Source: an uncultured bacterium
GTDB lineage: Bacteria; Eisenbacteria; RBG-16-71-46; CAIMUX01; WJJG01
Direction of reading: 5' to 3'
Length of the DNA: 64,000 nucleotides
Assembly (NCBI GenBank): GCA_964612295.1
Contig: CAZTDY010000005.1
Span: 70,666-134,665 of the forward strand
Position 1 is the first letter of the stretch. Each line of letters starts with the position of its first letter. Position numbers and translations under genes: made by a program. The notes under the pieces are model-generated. The model worked only from the letters and a program-made list of their open reading frames with translations, did no database searches and was not told where the DNA came from. Below, piece by piece: positions 47,959 to 59,408 of the stretch.

Positions 47959-49082
47959 TCCTCGCCACCCTGCTCATACCTCAAGCTGAGGGTCTCATCC
48001 TTGCCGAAGTAGACCGACTGACTCGGGAAGGCCATCTCCAGGCCGCGCTCTTCCAGGATCTCCATGATCCTCAACATGACCTCTTGCTGGATGCGGCTGT
48101 GATCCACATAGCCGGTCGCCCCGGTGAATCCTCTGATGAGCAGATCGAGGGAGCTGTCCCCGAAGTTTCTGAAGCGCACCAGAATGCCGTCTTCGAGAAT
48201 CCCCTCCTGATCGCGGAGCATCTGCTCGAGCACCTCGAGTAGATCGCGCATCTGCCCTGCGGTCGTATCATAGGTGATCCCTACGGCGAGGCTCATCCGC
48301 CGAGCAGGCATGGCCTGGTGATTGTCGACGATGAGATTGGCCATCTCGCGGTTGGGAACCGTGACCAGCGTCTTGGGGAAGGTGCGGATCCGGGTGGATC
48401 GGAAGCCGATCTCTTCGATCACGCCCTCGAAATCGCTGCCTTTGACCCAATCGCCCACCTGGAACGGTCGATCCAGCAGGATCATGATCGATCCAAAGAG
48501 ATTCGCGACCGTGTCCTGGGCCGCCAGGGCCAAGGCCAGCCCCCCGATTCCCAACCCGGCGATGATGCCGGTCACCGAATAGCCGAGGTTCTGAATGGCG
48601 ACGACCACGGCCACCACGGCGAAGAAGACCTTGAGCGCCTTGCGAAAGAGGGGGATCAGAGCGTCGTCCAAGGTGCTCTCGGTGTGTGCGGCCCTTCGGG
48701 TGAAGAAGCCTCCTAGCGTATCGATCACCCGGAAGATCATCCAGGTGACGACCACCGTGATCGCGACGGAGAACAGCGCTCCCCCAAACCGGCGCAGATC
48801 GACCGGCTCGGTCGGGAGGGCGAGGATCCCGAGAGCGAGTCCCACAGCGACCAGAACGATGGCGGCCTCGATCGGCTTGCGGAGGGCATCGACCAAGAGA
48901 TCGTCGATATCGGTCTCACTCTTCTCGGTCAGCTTGGCCAGGCGGTGCAGGACGAAGTTGCTCATGAAGCGGCGGAGGATCAGCCCCGCCAGGATGATGA
49001 GAAAGGCCAAGATCATATTAGCCAAAGTCATGCCAAAGTAGACCGTGGTTGTGAGGTAGTCCCAGATTCCGACCATGCTCAT
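47904..49082 (-). CDS. Small-conductance mechanosensitive channel (MscS family)
   Basis: TM helices are followed by the MscS beta-domain signature GDWVKGSDFEGVIEEIGFRSTRIRTFPKTLVTVPNREMANLIVDN. Confidence 0.85.
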   Translation of the reverse strand: MSMVGIWDYLTTTVYFGMTLANMILAFLIILAGLILRRFMSNFVLHRLAKLTEKSETDIDDLLVDALRKPIEAAIVLVAVGLALGILALPTEPVDLRRFGGALFSVAITVVVTWMIFRVIDTLGGFFTRRAAHTESTLDDALIPLFRKALKVFFAVVAVVVAIQNLGYSVTGIIAGLGIGGLALALAAQDTVANLFGSIMILLDRPFQVGDWVKGSDFEGVIEEIGFRSTRIRTFPKTLVTVPNREMANLIVDNHQAMPARRMSLAVGITYDTTAGQMRDLLEVLEQMLRDQEGILEDGILVRFRNFGDSSLDLLIRGFTGATGYVDHSRIQQEVMLRIMEILEERGLEMAFPSQSVYFGKDETLSLRYEQGGEDQATAPGPRPEAPGSTVS

Positions 49083-49233
49083 CCTCCCCGATTTCTGCCC
49101 ATTTTAGGGTCCCCAAGGTAGCCAGCCCGGGTGCCGTTGTCCACGAGAAAGCCCCGGGGAGGGGCCCGGCGGCATCGGGCGGGCAGATCGGTCCATCCGG
49201 CAAAAAACGAGGAACTTGGGAGAATGAGGACTG

Positions 49234-49261
49234 TTGACCCTATCTAGTATTTTGCTAGAGT
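49234..49261 (+). promoter_or_regulatory. Sigma-70-like promoter (TTGACC-N16-TAGAGT) for the atp operon
   Basis: TTGACC at 49234-49239 and TAGAGT at 49256-49261, ~25 nt upstream of the atpZ-like start. Confidence 0.45.
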
Positions 49262-49283
49262 ACCCAATTCGGACAGTCGTGCC

Positions 49284-49544
49284 GTGGTCAGAGGGGGGGT
49301 GCCGATGTCCGGTTCCAAGGATTCGAAGTATCGCTCTGCACGAGTGGTATCACAGCTTGGATTAATCCCCCTTATATTGGCCGTTTCGCCCTTGGTGGGT
49401 TTCGGCATGGGGTACCTGCTGGACCAGTGGCTCGGCACCGGGCAGGTTCTGCGATTGGTCTTCTTAGGGCTCGGGTTCATCGCCGGGGTCCGAGAGATGA
49501 TTCGTCTCTTGAGGAGAGCTCAGAAGGATGTCGATCGGCTTTGA
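49284..49544 (+). CDS. AtpZ/AtpI-family small membrane protein (F-ATPase-associated)
   Basis: 86 aa with two TM helices (…LGLIPLILAVSPLVGFGMGYLLDQWLGTGQVLRLVFLGLGFIAG…). First gene of the atp cluster. Confidence 0.65.
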   Translation: MVRGGVPMSGSKDSKYRSARVVSQLGLIPLILAVSPLVGFGMGYLLDQWLGTGQVLRLVFLGLGFIAGVREMIRLLRRAQKDVDRL

Positions 49545-49598
49545 GGCGGGCTCCGCAACCTGCGCCGGGCTCAGGCGCGTGAATTCAGGGACAAGACG

Positions 49599-50087
49599 AT
49601 GAACCAAGCTGCGGCCCCGGAGTTCGGGGTGCGCTCTCCATCGGAGCCGGTGAAGCTTTTCTCGGGACCGCGGTCGGAGACCATCCGCCGCATCCTGATC
49701 ACCACCGCGTGGCTTGGCGCGCTGGTGGCGCTCGTCGCCTGGGTTTACTTCGGGTGGCCCTGGGCGCTGGGCTTTGCGGGCGGGACCTTGATCGGCATGG
49801 CCAATATCTTCTTCCTCTCCCTCCTGTCCCAGATGATCCTGACGACCGGCGAACGGAACAAGGGCGCGATCGCGGCAGTGGTGGCGCTCAAGATCCTTGT
49901 TGTATACGGAGGCCTGGCGGCCCTCCTGCTCTGGCACCTGCCGTCCGCCCTATCGGTGGTGGCCGGGTTTTCCGTGGTGCTGTTGGTGATCGTCCTCAAG
50001 GCCGCAGGGCGGGCCATGTTGGACGCGGGCCTCTTCGGGCGAGGAGCAACCTCTGATCACACGGGGGAAGAGAATGGGCAGTCCTAA
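49599..50087 (+). CDS. atpI: ATP synthase protein I-like membrane protein
   Basis: 162 aa with 4 TM helices, directly preceding atpB and overlapping it by 14 nt. Confidence 0.55.
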   Translation: MNQAAAPEFGVRSPSEPVKLFSGPRSETIRRILITTAWLGALVALVAWVYFGWPWALGFAGGTLIGMANIFFLSLLSQMILTTGERNKGAIAAVVALKILVVYGGLAALLLWHLPSALSVVAGFSVVLLVIVLKAAGRAMLDAGLFGRGATSDHTGEENGQS

Positions 50088-51123
50088 GGTGGCGGTGGCC
50101 TCGATGTCCCGGGGCATTCTCTGGAGTATCCTCTGTCTGGCCCTCTCGCTGGGGTTTGCCGGGGGAGCATTCGCCTCTGATGATCACGATGCCCACGGCG
50201 TGACCGCTGCACACGACGAGCATGGCGAGCACGAGGCCCACGGCGCAACCGCTGCACACGACGAGCACGATGCCCACGATGAACACGGCGAACACGAGGC
50301 GCACCCCGAGTTACCCAACTTCGTGCATCTCATCTACAAACAAGTCGCGAAGGAGGGGGCGCCCCCCGAATGGGCCAAGATCATGCTTCGCTTCCAGGAT
50401 GTCATCTTTGCGATCCTGGTCGCGATCATCATTGTCGTCATCGTCAGGCTGGGCACGCGCCACATGAAGATGATTCCCGGCCCGCTCCAGAACGTGGTCG
50501 AATTCTTCGTCGACGGTTTCCGCAGCTTCATTCTGGGCATCCTGGGTCCCGGCGGGGAGCAGTACGTACCTTTCCTCGGCTCGCTGTTCCTCTACATCTG
50601 GTTCATGAACTTGTTCGGCCTCGTGCCGCTGATGCGTTCGCCGACCTCCGCGCTCAACACGACCGGCGCACTGGCGGTGAGCGTCTTCCTATATGTGCAG
50701 TACACGGGACTGCGCCGTTTGGGCCCGGTGAAGTTCTTCCTTCACCTGGCGGGCGATCCGAAGGATGTCGTCGGCTGGTGCCTCGTCCCGCTCATGCTGC
50801 CCTTGCACATCATCGGGGAGTTCGCCAAGCCGGTCAGCCTCTCGCTGCGACTCTTCGGGAACATCCTTGGCGAGGATGTGCTGATCGGGGTCTTTGCCGG
50901 GATGGGCGTCGCGCTCTTGGCCTTCGCCAAGCTCCCGATCGGGATTCCGCTGCACCTGCCCTTCATCATGCTGGCGCTCCTGATGAGCACCGTTCAAGCG
51001 CTCGTGTTCACCCTGCTGAGCACGACCTACATCATGCAGGTGCTGCCCCACGATGAGCATGACGAGGATGAGGCGCCGGCGGACGAGGGCCCCGTGGCCT
51101 CCGCCGCGCAGGGCGCACACTAG
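50074..51123 (+). CDS. atpB: F0 ATP synthase subunit a with signal peptide and His/Asp/Glu-rich N-terminal extension
   Basis: Conserved C-terminal region LSLRLFGNILGEDVLIGVFAG…LLMSTVQALVFTLLSTTYI. The N-terminus has a signal-like helix (ILWSILCLALSLGFAGGAFA), then SDDHDAHGVTAAHDEHGEHEAHGATAAHDEHDAHDEHGEHEAH. Confidence 0.9.
   Translation: MGSPKVAVASMSRGILWSILCLALSLGFAGGAFASDDHDAHGVTAAHDEHGEHEAHGATAAHDEHDAHDEHGEHEAHPELPNFVHLIYKQVAKEGAPPEWAKIMLRFQDVIFAILVAIIIVVIVRLGTRHMKMIPGPLQNVVEFFVDGFRSFILGILGPGGEQYVPFLGSLFLYIWFMNLFGLVPLMRSPTSALNTTGALAVSVFLYVQYTGLRRLGPVKFFLHLAGDPKDVVGWCLVPLMLPLHIIGEFAKPVSLSLRLFGNILGEDVLIGVFAGMGVALLAFAKLPIGIPLHLPFIMLALLMSTVQALVFTLLSTTYIMQVLPHDEHDEDEAPADEGPVASAAQGAH
50195..50310 (+). 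repeat. Tandem ~36-nt coding repeat encoding the His-rich AHG(V/A)TAAHDEH…GEHEAH units inside atpB
   Basis: The unit gcccacggcg[tg/ca]accgctgcacacgacgagca is repeated with a further partial copy. Confidence 0.55.
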
Positions 51124-51199
51124 AGGTTTTTGGAGACCCTCCGCCAACGGGCGCGGGTCATCAGTCAATCGACAGAGGTGAAGAAGAGGAGGATGTAGG

Positions 51200-51430
51200 A
51201 TGGATGCTGGGACTGCCCTAGGATTTGCCCTTCCGGTGGGTCTGGGACTCGCGGCCGTGGGGTCTGGTTTGGGTCTCGGTCGCGCGGTGGGGGGCGCCAT
51301 GGAAGCCATGGGGCGTCAACCCGAAGCGGCGGGCAAGATTCAGACGGCGATGATCATCGGCGCGGCCTTCATTGAGGCCCTGACGATCTACGCCTTCGTT
51401 AGCATCTTCGTGCTCTCCGGGAAAATGTAG
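51200..51430 (+). CDS. atpE: F0 ATP synthase subunit c
   Basis: 76-aa two-helix hairpin [54 protein letters not shown] with the conserved ion-binding Glu. Confidence 0.9.
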   Translation: MDAGTALGFALPVGLGLAAVGSGLGLGRAVGGAMEAMGRQPEAAGKIQTAMIIGAAFIEALTIYAFVSIFVLSGKM

Positions 51431-51521
51431 TTGGCCCGCAAGCCTTAGGCTACATGGGGCCGGCTGTTGGCGCTCTGAGCGGCAGGTGTGCCGCGAGCGC
51501 CGGTGAGCAAGGAGTGAAGCT

Positions 51522-52016
51522 GTGCAATTGATTGATCTAAGTGTCCTGATCACCCACGTCATCGCATTCGTGATCGTGCTCTGGATCCTGCGCCGCTTTG
51601 CCTGGGGACCCGTACTCGGCTTCCTCGAGGCGCGCCGCGAAAAGATCGCCGCTGAATTCAGCGAGATCGATCATCAGCGCGCAGAGGTGGCGACGCTGAA
51701 GGCGGAGTACGAGGATCACCTGCGCAACATCGAATCGGAAGCGCGCGCGCGCGTTCAGGAGGCGGTGGCCGAAGGCAATGCCGCCGCGGACCGCATCAAG
51801 GAACGCGCCCAGGAGGAGCGGCAGCAGCGACTCGCTCGCGCGGAGGAGGAGGTCAAGCTTCTCGAGGAAGCTTCGGCCGAAAACCTGCGCAGGAACACGG
51901 TCGATCTGGCGCTTCGAGCGGCGGAGAAGGCGGTGCAGGAGCGGCTCGACGATGAGAAACATCGCGAGATGATGACGCGGTTCCTCGACGATCTTGAACG
52001 CGCCGAGGGACAGTAG
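51522..52016 (+). CDS. atpF: F0 ATP synthase subunit b
   Basis: A single N-terminal TM followed by a long charged coiled coil (…RREKIAAEFSEIDHQRAEVATLKAEYEDHL…). Confidence 0.85.
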   Translation: MQLIDLSVLITHVIAFVIVLWILRRFAWGPVLGFLEARREKIAAEFSEIDHQRAEVATLKAEYEDHLRNIESEARARVQEAVAEGNAAADRIKERAQEERQQRLARAEEEVKLLEEASAENLRRNTVDLALRAAEKAVQERLDDEKHREMMTRFLDDLERAEGQ

Positions 52017-52089
52017 GGGGTGAGGTCGAAGCAAGCAGGTCCGCATCCGCCCTGAAGGGGCAGGAGCGGACCTAGCACGAGGCAGAGCC

Positions 52090-52641
52090 ATGATTCGTGA
52101 GCCTGTGGCCAGACGATATGCGCGAGCCCTTTTCGAGGCCTCTCGAGATCGGAAGATCCTGGATGAGGTGGCGGGCGATCTGGAAAGCATCAAGCTGCTG
52201 CTCACGCAGCAGCCTGAGCTGGATCGACTGCTGACTGCGCCCCAGATCGAACAGAAGGCCAAGAAGAGCGTGGTCGGCGAGGTCTTCACGGATCGCGTGC
52301 ATCCCATTGTCCTGGAGCTGCTCTATCTGCTGATGGACAAGAAACGTCTGGTGGTGTTGACCCAGATTATCGAGGGGTATCGCGATCTGCTCGAGGCACG
52401 GCGGGGTATCGCGCGGGCCGAGGTGACGACGGCGGTTCCGCTGCCGGAAGGGCAGGAGCAGCGGCTCAAGGAGAAGCTCGAAGCCCTCACGGGGCAGACG
52501 ATCCTCTTAGAGAAGCGCGTCCTGCCGGCCATCTTAGGCGGCATGATGGTGCGCCTTGGTGATCAGATTATCGATCGGAGCATACGGCGTACGTTCGAAG
52601 AGATGCGACAGCAACTCGGCGAAGTACCGGTCTACGAGTAA
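52090..52641 (+). CDS. atpH: F1 ATP synthase subunit delta (OSCP)
   Basis: MIREPVARRYARALFEASRD… is the OSCP family N-terminus. 183 aa. Confidence 0.85.
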   Translation: MIREPVARRYARALFEASRDRKILDEVAGDLESIKLLLTQQPELDRLLTAPQIEQKAKKSVVGEVFTDRVHPIVLELLYLLMDKKRLVVLTQIIEGYRDLLEARRGIARAEVTTAVPLPEGQEQRLKEKLEALTGQTILLEKRVLPAILGGMMVRLGDQIIDRSIRRTFEEMRQQLGEVPVYE

Positions 52642-52686
52642 ACCGGCGGTTCGGGATTTGCTGCCGAAAAGAAGGACGGATCAGTT

Positions 52687-54252
52687 ATGGGATTCAAGCC
52701 TGAAGAAGTCAGTTCGGTATTGCGCAAGGAGCTGGAGAAGTATGAGACCCAGCTCGAGATGGCCTCGGTGGGCCAGGTCCTGCAGGTGGGAGACGGGATC
52801 GCGCGCGTGTGGGGGCTTCAGGAGGCCATGGCGGGCGAGCTGCTCGAGTTCCCCGGCAATGTCGTGGGCATGGTCCTCAACCTGGAAGAGGACAATGTCG
52901 GTGTGGTGCTCTTTGGCTCCGACGAGCTGATCAAAGAGGGCGACATGGTGCGCCGAACCGGCAAGCTGGCCAGCGTGCCGGTGGGCAAGGGCGTGATCGG
53001 CCGGGTTGTCAATCCGCTCGGTGAACCCTTAGACGGCAAGGGCGAGGTCGTGTTCGAGGAGGAGAGCCCCCTCGAGGCCGTGGCGCCCACCGTTGTGGAA
53101 CGCCAGCCCGTGAATCAGCCGGTCCAGACCGGCCTCAAGGCGATCGACTCGATGATCCCGATCGGCCGCGGGCAGCGCGAGCTGATCATCGGGGACCGCC
53201 AGACAGGCAAGACCGCCCTGGCGATCGACACGATCCTCAATCAGAAGAACTCCGACATCATCTGCATCTACGTCGCCATCGGTCAGAAGGAATCGACCGT
53301 GGCCCAGGTGGTCAAGACGCTCGAGAACTACGGCGCCATGGAGTACACCACCGTGGTGAATGCGAGTGCCTCGCAGCCGGCTCCTCTGCAGTACATCGCT
53401 CCCTACGCCGGCTGCGCGATGGGCGAGTACTTCCGCGATCGCGGCCAGCACGTCGTCTGCATCTACGATGACCTGTCGAAGCAGGCCGTGGCCTACCGGC
53501 AGCTCTCGCTCCTCTTGCGCCGCCCGCCGGGTCGCGAAGCCTATCCGGGTGACATCTTCTATCTTCACAGCCGTCTACTCGAGCGGGCCGCCAAGCTCAG
53601 CGACGAGAAGGGCGGGGGCAGTCTGACCGCGCTGCCGATCATTGAAACCCAGGCCGGCGATGTCTCAGCCTACATTCCCACCAACGTCATCTCGATTACC
53701 GACGGACAGATCTTCCTGGAGAGCGACCTCTTCTATGCCGGAATCCGTCCCGGTATCAACGTCGGTATTTCGGTGTCGCGAGTTGGTGGTAAAGCCCAGG
53801 CCAAGGCGATGCGTAGGGTGGCGGGCCGCCTGCGTCTCGACCTCGCGCAGTATCGTGAGCTCCAGGCCTTCGCCCAGTTCGGTTCCGATCTGGACGAGGC
53901 CACTCAGCGGCAGCTTCTGCGCGGCGAACGGATGACCGAGATTCTCAAGCAGGGCCAGTATGAGCCCCTGTCACTCGAAGACCAGGTCATGATCATCTAT
54001 GCTGGGGTGGGCGGCCTCTTGGACACGCTTCCGGTGGAGAGCCTGCATCGCTTCGAGAAAGAGTTCCTCGCGCACATGCACGAGAAGAATCCCGACGTCC
54101 CCAACGCCATCAAGGAGGAGGGGAGCATCTCGGAGAAGACCGAAACGGCGCTGAGGGGTGACATCGAGCAGTTCGTTGCTTCCTTCGACGCCGATGTTGA
54201 AGTCAGAGCCAAAGAGGCGCGAGAGGCGGCTGCAGCCCAGGCGGCGCGGTAG
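52687..54252 (+). CDS. atpA: F1 ATP synthase subunit alpha
   Basis: P-loop [18 protein letters not shown] and [32 protein letters not shown]. Confidence 0.95.
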   Translation: MGFKPEEVSSVLRKELEKYETQLEMASVGQVLQVGDGIARVWGLQEAMAGELLEFPGNVVGMVLNLEEDNVGVVLFGSDELIKEGDMVRRTGKLASVPVGKGVIGRVVNPLGEPLDGKGEVVFEEESPLEAVAPTVVERQPVNQPVQTGLKAIDSMIPIGRGQRELIIGDRQTGKTALAIDTILNQKNSDIICIYVAIGQKESTVAQVVKTLENYGAMEYTTVVNASASQPAPLQYIAPYAGCAMGEYFRDRGQHVVCIYDDLSKQAVAYRQLSLLLRRPPGREAYPGDIFYLHSRLLERAAKLSDEKGGGSLTALPIIETQAGDVSAYIPTNVISITDGQIFLESDLFYAGIRPGINVGISVSRVGGKAQAKAMRRVAGRLRLDLAQYRELQAFAQFGSDLDEATQRQLLRGERMTEILKQGQYEPLSLEDQVMIIYAGVGGLLDTLPVESLHRFEKEFLAHMHEKNPDVPNAIKEEGSISEKTETALRGDIEQFVASFDADVEVRAKEAREAAAAQAAR

Positions 54253-54281
54253 ATTGCCGGACAAGAGGCGGGATTGAACTG

Positions 54282-55397
54282 ATGCGTAGGGTTGTTCTGG
54301 TCATAGTGCTGCTGCTCCTTCTGGGAGCCGGCTACGTGGGCACGAAGAAATTCGTGACCTACGCGCACGCCTATACCGGAACGACCTTCAATGCAGCAAG
54401 CCTCGAAGGCTCCGAGCCTGGCTACTTCTATCTCGACTGGCGGGGCGATCTGTCTCCTGAAGCGGTGAGCGGCCTGCTCGATGCGAACGGCCTGCTCGAC
54501 TTCGGGGATGCCGAGTCGTTTAGAGACCGCACCTACCGGGACCCGCTGCGCGTCATTCAGGCTTGCCTGGGGCTGCACGATCAGCTCCTGACCTCCCCCG
54601 ATCCGGAACTGGAGACCCTTCTCCGGCGGCAGGTCGACTGGCTTTTGGATGAGGCCATGCTGGAGCTTCCGGGCGATATCCCCGTCTGGCCGCAGTACTA
54701 TCGCTTCGATCGCTACGGGCTCACCGCTCCCTGGATTTCGGCTCTCACGCAGGGGCAGGCCATCAGCCTTCTCGTCCGCATGGCCGTCCTGACGGGCGAA
54801 GAGCGCTACGCGGAGCACGCCTTCCAGGCCACGCTCGCGTTCACGACAGAGGGCTGCCCGATTGTCTGGCGCGGAGAAGACGGGCTCTTCTTCGAGGAAT
54901 ATCCCTGCGATCCGCCTTCACACGTGCTCAACGGGTGCCTGTTTGCCTGGTTGGGGTTGTGGGATTGGGCCCGCTATCAAGGGGACCAAGGCTACCGTCA
55001 ATACTGCCTCGATTGCCTTGAGCAGATCGAGCAGAGGGTCCCGGAGTTCGAACTCGGCAACTGGACCCGCTACGACGTCCTGCAAGAGCGCCCCACCAGC
55101 CCGACCTATCAGGAGATTCACGCTGCGTTGGCCGAGGCGCTCGAGGCGATCACCGAGAAGCCCTTCTGGGCCGATCGTGCTCACCGTTGGCGCGGGGCGG
55201 CTGACGATAGGCTGGTGCGAAGCCGCGTGTTTTTCGAAGTGCTGGTCAATCGCATTTCCGAGAAGATCCTCGGGCGCCCCCAGCCCGAGGGACGGGGACT
55301 CAAGAACGTCCGGCTTCTCCAGACGCAAGCCGGTCGGCCAATCCTGCTCGATGATCGGGCGCATACCCTATCCGGACGCAGAAGGGAGATCGCGTAG
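54282..55397 (+). CDS. D-glucuronyl C5-epimerase-like domain protein with N-terminal membrane anchor, inserted inside the atp operon
   Basis: N-terminal TM (MRRVVLVIVLLLLLGAGYVG). …PWISALTQGQAISLLVRMAVLTGEERYAEHAFQATLAFT…FFEEYPCDPPSHVLNGCLFAWLGLWDWARY…NWTRYDV… parallels the C-terminal domain of eukaryotic/bacterial glucuronyl C5-epimerases (…[21 protein letters not shown]…[26 protein letters not shown]…). Its stop is 1 nt before the atpG start. Confidence 0.7.
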   Translation: MRRVVLVIVLLLLLGAGYVGTKKFVTYAHAYTGTTFNAASLEGSEPGYFYLDWRGDLSPEAVSGLLDANGLLDFGDAESFRDRTYRDPLRVIQACLGLHDQLLTSPDPELETLLRRQVDWLLDEAMLELPGDIPVWPQYYRFDRYGLTAPWISALTQGQAISLLVRMAVLTGEERYAEHAFQATLAFTTEGCPIVWRGEDGLFFEEYPCDPPSHVLNGCLFAWLGLWDWARYQGDQGYRQYCLDCLEQIEQRVPEFELGNWTRYDVLQERPTSPTYQEIHAALAEALEAITEKPFWADRAHRWRGAADDRLVRSRVFFEVLVNRISEKILGRPQPEGRGLKNVRLLQTQAGRPILLDDRAHTLSGRRREIA

Positions 55398-57685
<2,288 letters not shown>

Positions 57686-57695
57686 GAGCCAAGCC

Positions 57696-58115
57696 ATGGA
57701 AGCAACCCATCAGGTCGTACTGCTGACCCCGGAGAGGACCCTCCTGGAAACGGAGATCGCCAGTCTGGTCGCCCCCGGGTCCGAAGGATTCCTCGGAATC
57801 CTGGCTCATCATGCTCCTCTGATCACCGGCCTGAAGCCCGGGCCCGTGACCTTGACCCTTCCGGGAGGTCGCAAGGAGGTGTACTCTGTCAGCGGCGGCT
57901 TCCTCGAGGTTTCGAACAACCGAACGGTAATCCTGGCGGATGCCGCCGAACGGCCGGAGGAGATCGACCTGAGCCGGGCCGAAGCCGCGCGGGATCGCGC
58001 CAAGGACCGCCTGGAGCGCCGCACGCCGGAGTTGGATGCAGCCCGCGCAGAAGCGGCCCTGGCCCGGGCGCTCAATCGGGTCTACGTTGCGAGGACCTTC
58101 GTAGGAAGCCTGTAA
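57696..58115 (+). CDS. atpC: F1 ATP synthase subunit epsilon
   Basis: 139 aa with a beta-sandwich N-terminal domain and helical C-terminus (…VSGGFLEVSNNRTVILADAAERPEEID…). Confidence 0.85.
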   Translation: MEATHQVVLLTPERTLLETEIASLVAPGSEGFLGILAHHAPLITGLKPGPVTLTLPGGRKEVYSVSGGFLEVSNNRTVILADAAERPEEIDLSRAEAARDRAKDRLERRTPELDAARAEAALARALNRVYVARTFVGSL

Positions 58116-58170
58116 CAGCCGCCCAGGGGGCACATCCGGTGGGGGTGGCCGCTGGCGGCAGGACGGTGGC

Positions 58171-59406
58171 ATGCCCGACCCTCAAAGCTCACCGACAACC
58201 CTCGACCTTCTTGTTCGCTTGCTCCGCTGGCGCCGTCTGATTCTGATCAACACGCTTGTTGTGGCCGTCGCGGCGGTGGTGATCAGTCTCCTGCTCCCGA
58301 ACTGGTATGAGGCCGAGGTGAGCCTCCTGCCCCCGAAGGACGAACTCGGCATGTTGGGCGGAGCGCTGGGGGGCCTGGCCGGCTCGATGGGAGGCGGCAG
58401 TTCCGCCCTGGCCACGCTGTCTGCAAGCTATAACCTCCCTCTCTGGTCTTCTCCCTCGGATCTTCTGGTCGGTGTTCTTCGCAGTCGCCGGCTTCGCGAA
58501 GCGGTCGCGCGGGAACATGAGCTGGCCGAGGTGTACAAGGTCGAGAATATCGACCAGGTCCTGCTGGCGATGCGCGAGCGGATCAAGACCGGCGCGAGGA
58601 TCAACGGCATCGTCTGGATGAAGGTTCTCGACAAGGAACCGGAACGGGCGGCCGCGATCGCTCAGTCCTGTCTCGATCACTTAGACACCATTCAGCGCGA
58701 GACCAACCGCAGCCGTGCAGCGGCAGTCCGGCAGTTCATCGAGCAGCGGTTGGCGGCGACCGAGCAGGGCCTGGGAGCGGCCGAGGATTCCCTGCAGGCG
58801 TTCCAGGAGCGGCACGGCCTGCTGGCCCCTGAGGAGCAGACCCGCGCTCTGGTCGAAACGATTGCCGGCGTGGAGGCCCAGCGCCTGGCTGCGGTCGTGG
58901 AACGGGACGCGCTTCTCGCACAGGTGGGGGCCGATCATCCCGAGGTGAAACGATATCAGGCGCTCGTCACCTCCCTGGAAGAGGCAAGGGCCTCTCTCGA
59001 GGGAGACTGGTCCCGGGCGGCGAGGGGAGGCCCCTCGGCGATCATCGGGCTCGATCAGCTGCCCTCGCTCACCTTTGAGTTCCTGCGCCGCTATCGCGAA
59101 GCGGAGATCCAGGCCGCCGTCTTCGAACTGCTGACCCAGCTCCATGAGCAGTATCGTATCCAGGAAGTCCGGGATCTGCCGACGATTCAGGTGCTCGATC
59201 CGCCCGTCGCTCCGCTGGAAAAGGCGCGGCCCCATCGCGCGGTGATCTGCGTGATTGCCACGCTGCTCGCCTTTTTTGTCAGCCTCCTCGTGGCCTGGCA
59301 ACTCGATCGCGCGGCACAACTGGCGGAACGTAGTCCAGGTCAGTACGCGCAACTCGAGCGTCTGCTCTCCGGTGTCGGCCTGCGGTTCATCCTCCCGCGG
59401 AGGTAG
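58171..59406 (+). CDS. Polysaccharide co-polymerase (Wzz/chain-length determinant) family protein, no kinase domain
   Basis: An N-terminal TM after LVRLLRWRRLILINTLVVAVAAVVISLLLPNWYEAEVSLLP (Wzz-type start), a long periplasmic coiled-coil region, and a C-terminal TM (AVICVIATLLAFFVSLLVAW). Confidence 0.7.
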   Translation: MPDPQSSPTTLDLLVRLLRWRRLILINTLVVAVAAVVISLLLPNWYEAEVSLLPPKDELGMLGGALGGLAGSMGGGSSALATLSASYNLPLWSSPSDLLVGVLRSRRLREAVAREHELAEVYKVENIDQVLLAMRERIKTGARINGIVWMKVLDKEPERAAAIAQSCLDHLDTIQRETNRSRAAAVRQFIEQRLAATEQGLGAAEDSLQAFQERHGLLAPEEQTRALVETIAGVEAQRLAAVVERDALLAQVGADHPEVKRYQALVTSLEEARASLEGDWSRAARGGPSAIIGLDQLPSLTFEFLRRYREAEIQAAVFELLTQLHEQYRIQEVRDLPTIQVLDPPVAPLEKARPHRAVICVIATLLAFFVSLLVAWQLDRAAQLAERSPGQYAQLERLLSGVGLRFILPRR

Positions 59407-59408
59407 CC

